A DNA stretch of 64,000 bases, from positions 3,264,001-3,328,000 of the forward strand of contig CBDCTH010000012.1 of NCBI GenBank assembly GCA_965222155.1, read 5' to 3'. Position 1 is the stretch's first letter. Every line of letters starts with the position of its first letter. Positions 40,101 through 48,705 of this stretch are shown one piece after another. The DNA is from Gammaproteobacteria bacterium (GTDB taxonomy: Bacteria > Pseudomonadota > Gammaproteobacteria > Eutrophobiales > Eutrophobiaceae). The position numbers were made by a program, and so were the translations under genes. The notes under the pieces are model-generated. The model was not told where the DNA came from. It searched no databases and saw nothing but the letters and a program-made list of their open reading frames with translations.

Positions 40101-40516
40101 AACAGGGGCATTTGCCGGGTCAACACGGCGCAGAAGGAATCGATGGTCTGAATCCTCATGCGGGCGGGATTACGCGTCAGTTGCCAACCTAGTTCCTTAT
40201 CTCTGTTCAGTACCAGGATGGCCAGTTGTCGACGGGCCTGTGCATTGGTGTCCTGATTATTGCTGTTACCGGCTTGCGTAGACTCCGCAGATTCCAGCGC
40301 CTCAATAATCCTGTTACGCATCTCGGCAGCCGCCTTGCGGGTGAAGGTGATGGCAACGATCTCTTCCGGCGAATCAACGACTGTAAGCAGGCGCAGGTAA
40401 CGCCGGACCAGCAATTCGGTCTTCCCGGAACCGGCCGGCGCCTGGACGATAAAGGACAGATCCGGGGCTAATACCCGTGTACGGATTTCCTGGTCGGCCG
40501 GCCTGATTTCAGTCAT
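37109..40516 (-). CDS. addA: ATP-dependent helicase/nuclease subunit A
   Basis: QAPAGSGKT, ITFTRKAAAEM, VDEYQD, VGDPMQSIYRFR, SIHKAKGLEF, LYVAATRA, C-terminal IDR..IIDYKT nuclease. Start placed at MTEIRPAD. Confidence 0.92.
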   Translation of the reverse strand: MTEIRPADQEIRTRVLAPDLSFIVQAPAGSGKTELLVRRYLRLLTVVDSPEEIVAITFTRKAAAEMRNRIIEALESAESTQAGNSNNQDTNAQARRQLAILVLNRDKELGWQLTRNPARMRIQTIDSFCAVLTRQMPLLSKLGGQPEVIEDAEDLYREAAANTLKQLDDGASENGGQPGSNAGWSDVVEALLEHLDNDLPRTRDMLAGMLRKRDQWLRHLVGQRPDRKILEGALRHIVETTLDYVLEALPQEFLPEFTDCLRFATQNLTESPYIIEELPGAGATDLRRWQFIISLCLTGKGDWRKRLSVNEGFPPGDTGKDMKHRFQSLLSRCADNERLQELFLEIRGLPPPGYSDEEWRVLEALYKLLVLANAQLYLLFAERNQVDFTGISLAALRALGNEDSPTDLALYLDYRIRHILVDEYQDVSINQGKLLEKLTAGWAPEDGHSLFLVGDPMQSIYRFRDAEVGVFLATWEQQRLGQVPVEPVNIEVNFRSDKNLVDWVNRAFREALPDKSDAARGAVSFTAADAHHPHKAENRVQIHPILGRDDELEAALVLEQVKTIRLNAPKPESIAILVRSRPHLQSITAMLARSGLPFRAIEIERLATRPVIQDLMALTRALHHPADRVAWLALLRAPWCGLRLEDLLALTADAKDETIWHCLQDKGRREIPSADAQRQLDRLCPVLEEAFTRQGRMPLRRWVEGVWLNLGGPATLDSATDLHNANTFFDLLDELDVGGDLGSRDEFIDRVDTLYASADVRADDSLQVMSIHKAKGLEFDHVILPGLSKRSRSDDTQLLLWSESPHQDHSDLLLAPVKASHEDFSPIYDFIRSLEKKKQHHEEGRLLYVAATRARKQLHLIGSAEENKDGDLTKPPDNTLLAQLWPVVEECFRTHLENRPPVDGETASPAEVQAAPLRRLSADWQLPAPPPAAHWIKATDPGAERRDIETENGRIEYQWAGRTIMHVGSVVHRCIQVMATAGIDQWNAGKITGWRQYYRESLRVLDVPDAELDTACDLVEQALMALLTDPRGQWLLAYHREQASEHALSGIHRGDVVNIIIDRTFVDKEGVRWIIDYKTSRHESGDVDRFLDLQQDRYREQLEKYADIMSALDDRPIRLGLYFPLLRGWREWVYS

Positions 40517-40546
40517 CCGGCAGCCTGTCAATATTGTTTTGATAAT

Positions 40547-40912
40547 TACGTGACTCGGCACACTGACGAATACCAGCATCCATACGTGACCCATCATACC
40601 GACGAATACCTGCATCCATACGTGACCCGTCATACTGACGAATACCAGCATCCATACGTGACCCGTCATACCGACGAATACCAGCATCCATACGTGACTC
40701 GGCACACTGACGAATACCAGCATCCATACGTGACCCGTCATACCGACTTGCATCCATACGTGACCCGTCATACCGACTTGCATCCATACGTGACCCGTCA
40801 TACCGACTTGCATCCATACGTGACCCGTCATACCGACTTGCATCCATACGTGACCCGTCATACCGACTTGCATCCATACGTGACCCGTCATACCGACGAA
40901 TGCCTGCATCCA
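40547..40912. repeat. Tandem array: five 36-bp units, five 30-bp units and one 36-bp unit
   Basis: Unit TACGTGACCCGTCATACCGAC(GAATACCA/TT)GCATCCA, no unique spacers. The last unit resembles the CGTCAT REP and faces an inverted REP at 40949-40978. Confidence 0.92.
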
Positions 40913-41017
40913 GTCGATTAAATGATTCCTTATAAGGAAGTGTTATTTGACTGGATTCTGGCATTCTCCAGAATGACGGTTGGTCGCTATACGGTTGGCC
41001 ACGCCTTGATGGTTGTT

Positions 41018-43762
41018 TCATGAAGATACCTCATGAATACGGCACAGGGGTTGTTGGTCGCAGTGGTCGCAGGCGCCGCGCTTCGGGGTGACCGTGGCTA
41101 CGCCCTGACGGAATTCGGTTGCCAGGTCTTGCAACACGATGCGCCAGTTATCGAACAGATCCTCCCAGGAAGGCGCTGTTTCAGCCGGCCCCGCCTCGTG
41201 CTCAGGAATAAACCTTTGCGCCTGGCGGTCCTGCTCAAAAGCCTTGGTTCCCGGCAGGATATCCCCGGTTTCTGCCAGACCTGCGAAACCGAAATCTCCC
41301 CCCCGCTTCAGTCTGGCGAAGGCAACGGCGGCGACGACTCCGGGGTGGGTAACGGCATATAACGGCATTTGCGGCTCATCGGGCCGGTCTGTTGCCCAGG
41401 CATTGACATTGGCCTTGCCGCTCTTGTAATCGATGATCACGCGCCGGCCGTCCTCCAGAGCGTCAACGCGGTCCAAGCGGGCGGAAAATTCCACGTCGGC
41501 AATGGCATACCGGGCTTTTCTCTCCACGTTGACGACGCTAAACGGCGCCCGTTGCAGTTCCAGTTCCAGCCACTCGCGCAGCACCTGCGCCAGCCGCCTG
41601 GTTTCAATGGCGCAAAATCGCTGCGTGAAGATCAGAGGGTTATATCTGCGGGAATCCGTTATCAACTCCTGTACCCGGGATTCGATCAATTGCTCCCGTT
41701 CTTCCATGGTCATGGCTGCGAGCCTGTCCCGGCTTTCCAGTTGCGACCAGATATTTTCCATGAGCTGGTGCAACAGGGTGCCTCGTTGCGCCGCATCCAG
41801 GCCGATGTCTGCTTCGGCCAACTCCCGGGAATGTAAACGATGTCTGGCAAAGGCCCGAAACGGGCATTGGGACTGATCCCGGAACAGGTCCGCGCCGCCG
41901 CCGGCATAAAGGCTGGTGATGGGCGGTGCTGTCGTATCTACAAAGGTTTCCATAGTCCCGTTGTCGAAAATCACCTGCGAATACGGTTTTATCTCCGTCC
42001 CTTGCTTCGACTCGTTGACCGGTGTTGGCCTGTCAATAAGGTTAGCCGCTTCAGTTACCCCTTGTATCGTCACGTCGGTAAGTGTCGGGAGGTCACGCAA
42101 CAGGGGACTCCTCAGGAGTGGCCTGTCCCCCTCATTGCGGGAATGGCTCAGGATAATATTCGGCGTGGAACCGACCAGCGCCTTTTGCAGGCGCTCGGCC
42201 TGTTGCAACGCGTTGTCTGCGTCGGCGCCCGGAATCCCGTACTTTTTCTGCAAGGCGATAGGGATGAAGGGATTGGGTATGGGTCGGGGCGGCCAGGTCT
42301 CTTCGCTCAACCCCAGCATCCAGATATGATCCAAGGCCATGGCCGCAACACCGTGGGGATCAAGGATCTGTACCGGGGTTTCCGCAGTTTCCGGTTGAAA
42401 GCCGAGCCTCGTGGCAATACGGCGTATATGGGACAGCGCCTCAAAGCGGGACATGACCGGGCTCACCTTGCGCAGGGAAACAAAGCTGTCCAACACCGAA
42501 TGCCACGATTGCACCTGCTGATATTCAGCGCTGTCCAGCGTGCGTTCTCCAGGCCAGCCGAACAGCTCCAGGAAAACCGTAAAGCTTTCAGTCCAGGCCT
42601 CCGGTGGTTGTCGTGCCGGCAGTTCCTCCAGGGCTGAACCCGCTTCGCGCAGTATGCTCGTCAGGGTCGGGATGGCTTGTCCTTTGTCAGCGGCCGCGTC
42701 AGCGAAGTAAAGCACATCCGTCAGGGTAAACGTGAGTTGCTTACGGGAACGGAGTTTTTCATCCAGTAATGCGCGTCCGGCGCGTTCCCGGTCGTGGCCT
42801 TTGATAAACGGCGTACGCAACAGGACGCCCAGGGTTTCCAGCGCCAGCGCCGCCTTGTTCAACCCGAGAATGGAGAAGATTACGTGGATAAGCGGATAAT
42901 CCGCCAGCGCTTGTCCCATTGAGATACTGAAGGGCAAGGGCGCCGCTGCCTCCCGATAGCTCAGGTTTCCGGGCGCCAGGATATCCTCAAAGATATAACG
43001 AATGTGATTGCGTAGTTTGCGCAAATCCGGTACGAGAATACCGATAGTGATCTCACCGTTCTCTTCAATGAGCCGGCGCGCCCAGCCGGCTGCAGCCCGG
43101 ATTTCTTGATCTGCGTCTGCAAAATCCGCTACCTGTGCGGAGATGTTCCGATCCTCTATCGGACACTCGTCCACGGGAATCCCGGCGGTCTTCATTCCCT
43201 TGCATAACATTATCTGTTGCGGGGTTAACTGGTCAAACCCGGCCAGAGTCACTCCACGGCCAAAGACACCCGGGTCCGTGGCTGCATCAGGACGCAGTAT
43301 TCCCGCCAGTGACGCGTTATCGATCCAGTTGTTATGTCGGCAGCGCGACTGGAATTCGTCCACCCAGGATTTGAAGGCAAAAATGTCCTCATTCATGGGT
43401 GTGCCTTCGGGGAAAATCGGGACGTTGTATTCTTTCAGGCGTTGCCAGGCGCCGACGGCCTGCTCTGCCACCGAGGATATTTGCAACAGATTGTCCCTAT
43501 AATCGGAATCCTCGATGATTTGTTGCCAGAGTACGCTTTCCTGATCGCTGGACAGCAAGAGTTTGGTGACGCCGTTACGTTCACGGCGGGAATTCCAGCA
43601 GTGCCGCAACCATGCCCGATACGGCAGTATATCCGGGGTCTCCCAGGCGCGCCGACCCTGGCGCAACTGCTCCTGTGCATACAGGTGTTTCAGGCGATGC
43701 GCCAGCCGAACATTGGCGCAGACAACGGTATGACCGCGCTCAATATAATCGTTAACGCGCAT
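41018..43762 (-). CDS. addB: ATP-dependent helicase/nuclease subunit B (PD-(D/E)xK, Fe-S)
   Basis: QCPFRAFA..RL, RGTLLH, RLDRVD..IIDYKSG, PQMPLYA, CDHC-x5-C iron-sulfur ligands; adjacent to addA. Confidence 0.88.
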   Translation of the reverse strand: MRVNDYIERGHTVVCANVRLAHRLKHLYAQEQLRQGRRAWETPDILPYRAWLRHCWNSRRERNGVTKLLLSSDQESVLWQQIIEDSDYRDNLLQISSVAEQAVGAWQRLKEYNVPIFPEGTPMNEDIFAFKSWVDEFQSRCRHNNWIDNASLAGILRPDAATDPGVFGRGVTLAGFDQLTPQQIMLCKGMKTAGIPVDECPIEDRNISAQVADFADADQEIRAAAGWARRLIEENGEITIGILVPDLRKLRNHIRYIFEDILAPGNLSYREAAAPLPFSISMGQALADYPLIHVIFSILGLNKAALALETLGVLLRTPFIKGHDRERAGRALLDEKLRSRKQLTFTLTDVLYFADAAADKGQAIPTLTSILREAGSALEELPARQPPEAWTESFTVFLELFGWPGERTLDSAEYQQVQSWHSVLDSFVSLRKVSPVMSRFEALSHIRRIATRLGFQPETAETPVQILDPHGVAAMALDHIWMLGLSEETWPPRPIPNPFIPIALQKKYGIPGADADNALQQAERLQKALVGSTPNIILSHSRNEGDRPLLRSPLLRDLPTLTDVTIQGVTEAANLIDRPTPVNESKQGTEIKPYSQVIFDNGTMETFVDTTAPPITSLYAGGGADLFRDQSQCPFRAFARHRLHSRELAEADIGLDAAQRGTLLHQLMENIWSQLESRDRLAAMTMEEREQLIESRVQELITDSRRYNPLIFTQRFCAIETRRLAQVLREWLELELQRAPFSVVNVERKARYAIADVEFSARLDRVDALEDGRRVIIDYKSGKANVNAWATDRPDEPQMPLYAVTHPGVVAAVAFARLKRGGDFGFAGLAETGDILPGTKAFEQDRQAQRFIPEHEAGPAETAPSWEDLFDNWRIVLQDLATEFRQGVATVTPKRGACDHCDQQPLCRIHEVSS

Positions 43763-43763
43763 T

Positions 43764-44543
43764 TTACTGGGAAAGTCGGCGGGCCAGGGACTTCAACTTG
43801 GTAATTCGTTCAATCGAAGACGGGTGTGAACCGGAAAACCCTCCGGACAGGTGTTTGGTTTTTTTGAATACCAGTTCCTGCAGACGCACCGCCCCATTAG
43901 GGTCGTAACCGGCTTCAACCGCCCAGATTGCGCCCAGGTAGTCTGCCTCACGTTCATTGTCACGACTGTATTTGGTGTTGGATGCTGTCATTATGTCGGT
44001 TCTGCGCCTGGTCTTATTATCTTCGCCGTGATTTAACTTAAGATGGCCCAGTTCATGACCGATCAGGGCGGCGGCCATGTGTACGTCCAGACCCAGTAAA
44101 TCGAGCATGCCGAAATTGATGCCTACTATGTTGATTTCTACGGCGTTTTCTTCATCGATCGGTTTTGTATCCTTGATAGCTTTTCCCTGCAGGCTTGTTT
44201 CTTCACTGCCTGTTTCGGCTTCACCCTCAACGCCGGCATCTACCGGCACCAGTTCAGCCATGCCCTTGGTGGCAAAGGCATTGGGTGTTTCGCCATTAGT
44301 AATGATCAGTTCCGACCTGAGTTCCGAGACTTCCTCGATGGCCTGCATTACCGAATAAAGATAGATCATCTGCTTTGCGTCTATCCTCTTCAGCAGCCTG
44401 TTTTTATTATCACGTAACTCGACGGTCTCGGCATTTGTCCGGGCGAGGTCTTCAATCTTCCAGGTGTAACTGAACGGCGCGGCAAGGCCGTGGCTTGAGA
44501 TTAGTAGCACCAGACAGGCGCTCAGGACAGTCTGTTTAATCAT
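43764..44543 (-). CDS. Exported M48-family metallopeptidase
   Basis: Signal peptide, PNAFA, IGHELGH, YSRDNEREAD, AGYDP, SHPSSIERI. Confidence 0.88.
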   Translation of the reverse strand: MIKQTVLSACLVLLISSHGLAAPFSYTWKIEDLARTNAETVELRDNKNRLLKRIDAKQMIYLYSVMQAIEEVSELRSELIITNGETPNAFATKGMAELVPVDAGVEGEAETGSEETSLQGKAIKDTKPIDEENAVEINIVGINFGMLDLLGLDVHMAAALIGHELGHLKLNHGEDNKTRRRTDIMTASNTKYSRDNEREADYLGAIWAVEAGYDPNGAVRLQELVFKKTKHLSGGFSGSHPSSIERITKLKSLARRLSQ

Positions 44544-45002
44544 GAATGTTATTTCCCATTGCCAGAAAACCGGTAAACCGACCACCCGTACACATCAATC
44601 TTGACTTTGGATTGGAGAGTAATTTAATTGTATGATCAAATTCAGCAGTAGGTAATTTCGACAGGCTTGCTACCAGCCTATTTTGATGTAACTGGGTAAC
44701 ATAACGTTCTACACGCTTTCTCTGAAGTTTCCGTAGTTGGATTTTTCACAATACATGGTTTTTTCTGCTTAAACACGTAAAAAAACATATTTTAGAATGT
44801 ATTATAGAGAATCATAGCGGTACTGCCCCTGAGGGGCAAATTACAATGAATTAGCCGAAGATATTGTCACAGAACCGCCTATACCCTATTATTACCTGAT
44901 CGGGTGCGGGAACATTTAGCACTGATCCCTATCTAACTTTAACGTGGTATACGCAGTGGATGTTTGAACTATAATTTACTAATCGGGTACGGGGATGAAC
45001 TT

Positions 45003-45887
45003 ATGAATTTCGCTAATGTTGTGGGTGGAGCGCTACGATTCTCAGTCATGATTTCCGTGATGGCGCTTGTCACGGCCTGCAATACGACACCTGCCGTTCG
45101 ATCGTCAGGGGCTCCAGGCTCACCAGGGGCTCCAGGCTCACCAGGCCCATCTGGTTCGCCGGGTTCATCGGGACCTTCCGTTCAGGTAGGGGTATCGGGT
45201 ATGCCGCAAGTGCCGGGGTTACCGGGTCAGCCCACGGCCGGCTCAGGGGGAACACCGGATACTCCCGTCCCCGGCAGGATCTCAATACCCGCTACGCAAA
45301 CCGGCGAGAGTAATTTACCGAACGGGTCAGGATCTACTGCCGAAATGGGACGAGAAAAGACCGATGATGAAATCCTCGCCGAAGCTTTGCAGGAACTCAG
45401 GAAAAGGCGTGAGCCGGGGCAACAGGGCGCAGGCGCTGCCGGGCAAATGCCCCGGGCCGGCGCAGGCGATTCGGCAAAGACTGATACAGAGAAGAAACAG
45501 GCTCTCGGCAATGAACTGGAAGAGGGCTTTTCAGAATTTGACAGCCTGATGCTGAGTGAACAACAGGCCATTAATGAACAAGCCAACCAGGAAGGGTACG
45601 GTGGTTTTCTCGAAGGCGATGATTTTCCCGGAGAGAGCGACCCTGCACAGGGCCTTGGGGAGGAGCCATTGCAGACGGCAATGGTCGACTCTGACCCTGT
45701 GTCTATTAAGGGCGAGGGGAATATCCCGACCAGAAGCCACAGCCAGGTTCCTCCTGATCTTGTTGACGCCAAGGGAGACGATATCATCGCCCGTCAACTG
45801 CGTGAGGCCGCCATGAAAGAACAGGACCCCGAGTTAAGGGATAAACTCTGGGATGAATATCGTAAATACAAGCGAGATTTAAGATGA
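45003..45887 (+). CDS. Gly/Pro/Ser-rich lipoprotein, first gene of the envelope cluster
   Basis: Lipobox LVTAC, GAPGSP repeats, helical C-terminus DDIIARQLREAA..E.DPELRDKLWDEY. Confidence 0.7.
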   Translation: MNFANVVGGALRFSVMISVMALVTACNTTPAVRSSGAPGSPGAPGSPGPSGSPGSSGPSVQVGVSGMPQVPGLPGQPTAGSGGTPDTPVPGRISIPATQTGESNLPNGSGSTAEMGREKTDDEILAEALQELRKRREPGQQGAGAAGQMPRAGAGDSAKTDTEKKQALGNELEEGFSEFDSLMLSEQQAINEQANQEGYGGFLEGDDFPGESDPAQGLGEEPLQTAMVDSDPVSIKGEGNIPTRSHSQVPPDLVDAKGDDIIARQLREAAMKEQDPELRDKLWDEYRKYKRDLR

Positions 45888-47077
45888 AATCAAGTCATGT
45901 AAAGCTGGTTACAGCAGTTGTTTCACTGTGTTTCAGCCTGGTCGGCTGTAACACAACCACGGTAAAGTCGGCCAGTTATGAGAAGGTGGTGCTGGAATCG
46001 GAAGTAACACCGGAAGAATTACTGCTGGACGTGGGAGTTGGTATTTTCAATCCCGGAACTGATGCCTTAAGTGTAGAGGAAGAAGGTGTGTTTCCTAAAA
46101 TACGCGAGGCTGAGGCGCGTTTTATGCCGTACAAGCTGATGGAAACCCTGCAGCATACGGGTAACTGGGGTGTGGTGCGGTTAATCCCGGACCGGTTAAG
46201 CGAAATGGACGTGTGGGTGGATGGTGAAATCCTGAAATCGGACGGTGAAAACCTCTGGTTGCAGGCAACGGTGGAAGACTCTACGGGAAAACGCTGGTTC
46301 AGCAAAAAGTATACGGGATTGGCCGGCAAGTACTCGTATGATGACACTACAGCAAACCGCAGTGAACCGTTCCAGAAGATCTATAACCAGATCGCAAACG
46401 ATATGCTGGCTTATCGCAACCAGTTCGATGCCGCTGGAATCAGTAATATACGCACCGTTGCCGAACTGAAGTTCGCCAGGGACTTTTCTCCGGATGTGTT
46501 CCACGATCACCTGGGTGTGGATAAAAAGGGACGTTATTTCGTTAAACGCCTGCCCGCCGCAGGTGATCCGAGTATGCAACAGATCCGTCAGATCCGGGAA
46601 CGTGACTATATATTTGTCGACACGCTGCAACAGTATTATGCCTCGTTTGTCAACCAGATGGAGGACCCGTACCGGGAGTGGCGCGAAGCCTTCTACCTGG
46701 AAAGTCAGGCTTTGAAGGAAGTCAAATCCGAAGCGAACGCCCGGCTGGTCGGTGGCGCCCTGGCGGTGCTGGCCGGGATACTGGCCCAGGGGGTTGACAG
46801 CCGTACTGCACGGACAGCCGGCTGGGTAGGCATAGGCGCCGGCGCTGCCGCGATCCAAAGCGGCCTGCAAAAGCGTGAAGAGGCCAAGATTCACGTGGAA
46901 GCACTGGAGGAAGTTTCCGCTTCCCTCGATTCAGAGATAGAACCCCACTCCATAGACCTGGAGGACCGCACCGTCACTCTTTCCGGTACGGTAAACGAGC
47001 AATACGGTCAATGGCGCCGGATACTGAAAGAAATTCATGCAACGGAAACCGGGTCAGCCACTGATGCCGGCAAATGA
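45884..47077 (+). CDS. Uncharacterised lipoprotein with a glycine-zipper-like hydrophobic hairpin
   Basis: Lipobox LVGC; segment LVGGALAVLAGILAQG..AGWVGIGAGAAAI; overlaps both neighbours by 4 bp. Confidence 0.75.
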   Translation: MKSSHVKLVTAVVSLCFSLVGCNTTTVKSASYEKVVLESEVTPEELLLDVGVGIFNPGTDALSVEEEGVFPKIREAEARFMPYKLMETLQHTGNWGVVRLIPDRLSEMDVWVDGEILKSDGENLWLQATVEDSTGKRWFSKKYTGLAGKYSYDDTTANRSEPFQKIYNQIANDMLAYRNQFDAAGISNIRTVAELKFARDFSPDVFHDHLGVDKKGRYFVKRLPAAGDPSMQQIRQIRERDYIFVDTLQQYYASFVNQMEDPYREWREAFYLESQALKEVKSEANARLVGGALAVLAGILAQGVDSRTARTAGWVGIGAGAAAIQSGLQKREEAKIHVEALEEVSASLDSEIEPHSIDLEDRTVTLSGTVNEQYGQWRRILKEIHATETGSATDAGK

Positions 47078-48639
47078 CGGATAGCAAGGATTCCGGTTTT
47101 GTTCCCATCAAGCCGGTGGCTGTCGACCTGACTGCCGCCGCAACACCGCAACAGCAAAAAAGCAGGCGCTTCGGCAAACAGCCTTTATTATGGCTGGGAG
47201 CCGGCGCGGCGCTGTTGATTGCAATCAGCGTTATTTTCCTGCTTCCCCATTGGGTGGAGAAGCCTGTCATGGAGCCCGGCAATGCGATCAGCCTGACCCA
47301 TCCTGATGAGTCCGGTCAGGGAATTTCCCCTGGGAGTGCGCCACAAGTGGCAGGGGGTACGTCTCCGACGGGTGATGCTCCGTGGGGAAAAGCGCAACAA
47401 TTCTCTCAGCGTAAAGAGAGCCAGGAAATACTGGGGCAGTTGCTGGAAGCACAGAAAATTCTGCAGGAAAGGGGCGTGACCGTGTGGGGCAAGAAGGAAT
47501 ATGCGCGGGCGATAGAACAGGCCAAGTCGGGTGATGCAGAATACAGCCGGCAAAATTTCTCCCAGGCCCATGACCATTATGCGCGGGCACTGGATATTTT
47601 TACCGGGCTGCTGCAAGGCATGGAAGAGTTGTTTACCGCAACGATGGAAGCCGGCGATATTGCATTATCTGCAGGTGATGTCGCTGCGGCCCGTGAGGCT
47701 TTCAGCATCGCCCTCGCCATTGATCCTATTGACCGGACCGCTCTGCTGGGGATGGAACGAGCCGGGACCCTGACTGAAGTCATAGCCCTGGTTGACAGGG
47801 GAGATGTGTTGTTGCGCGCTGGAAAAGCCGAACAGGCCAAAGCACTGTATCAGCAGGCGCTGGCGCTTGATGGCTACTCGGACCGGGCAAGACAACAGGT
47901 GCAGTTGGCTGCAGACAGAATCAACGAGAACGCATTCAACCTTGCCATGTCTTCCGGCTTCCGGTTGCTTGAACAGGGGAGCTATGCGCAGGCGCAGGAT
48001 GCGTTTTCCAGGGCGCTGAAGATAAAACCCCGGTCGCGTGATGCGCGCAGCGGGCTCGACCAGGCGCAACATCGTATAACCGCTGGAAAAATCAACGCGT
48101 TACTGAAACAGGCCGAAACAGCAGAGCAGAATGAAGACTGGCAGGAGGCCGTATCCGGCTATGACGCTGCCCTGAAACTGGACAACAACCTGGGCAATGC
48201 GCGGGAAGGCAAACGACGAGCAACCCTGCGCAGCGAAATACACAATAAGCTGGAGCAGGTACTAGCCCGGCCTGAGCGGCTGTTTGATCGAAACGCGTTT
48301 AACGAGATCGTCAGTTTCCGTGACAAAATTCAGGCGCTCTCCGAACCCGGGCCGGTGCTGACCGGGCAGTTGGCAAAACTCAACCAGTTACTGAGGTTGG
48401 CCGATACGCCCGTTACCGTACAGCTCAGGTCCGACAACCTGACTCGGGTTACCCTCTACAAGGTCGGCGAACTCGGTTATTTCACCAGCAAAAGCCTGTC
48501 ATTGCGCCCGGGCTACTACGTGGCGGTCGGACATCGTGACGGCTACCGTGACGTGCGCGTTGAATTTTTTGTTGGCCCGGACCAGGCTATGGAACCCGTC
48601 ATTGTCAGCAGTGATGAAAAGATAGCCCTGGGACGTTAA
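47074..48639 (+). CDS. Single-pass membrane TPR-repeat protein with a C-terminal beta domain
   Basis: TM LLWLGAGAALLIAISVIFLLP; TPR-like helices (AFSIALAIDP, LYQQALALD, AFSRALKIKP); PEGA-like tail LRPGYYVAVGHRDGYRD. Confidence 0.75.
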   Translation: MTDSKDSGFVPIKPVAVDLTAAATPQQQKSRRFGKQPLLWLGAGAALLIAISVIFLLPHWVEKPVMEPGNAISLTHPDESGQGISPGSAPQVAGGTSPTGDAPWGKAQQFSQRKESQEILGQLLEAQKILQERGVTVWGKKEYARAIEQAKSGDAEYSRQNFSQAHDHYARALDIFTGLLQGMEELFTATMEAGDIALSAGDVAAAREAFSIALAIDPIDRTALLGMERAGTLTEVIALVDRGDVLLRAGKAEQAKALYQQALALDGYSDRARQQVQLAADRINENAFNLAMSSGFRLLEQGSYAQAQDAFSRALKIKPRSRDARSGLDQAQHRITAGKINALLKQAETAEQNEDWQEAVSGYDAALKLDNNLGNAREGKRRATLRSEIHNKLEQVLARPERLFDRNAFNEIVSFRDKIQALSEPGPVLTGQLAKLNQLLRLADTPVTVQLRSDNLTRVTLYKVGELGYFTSKSLSLRPGYYVAVGHRDGYRDVRVEFFVGPDQAMEPVIVSSDEKIALGR

Positions 48640-48705
48640 CTCGGATGATCACGGCCACAGAGCCTGCCCCTGCACGTCGTAAGCAGGGGGGCACAGACAA
48701 AAACG

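Noticed and set aside
40517-40909. 131-aa repetitive N-terminal extension of AddA in the ORF track
   Set aside because: It is the tandem array read in frame. AddA-like sequence begins at MTEIRPAD just before Walker A.
40547-40912. CRISPR or TIGR-like guide array
   Set aside because: Units are contiguous and nearly identical with no unique spacers, and no cas or Nop-domain gene is nearby.
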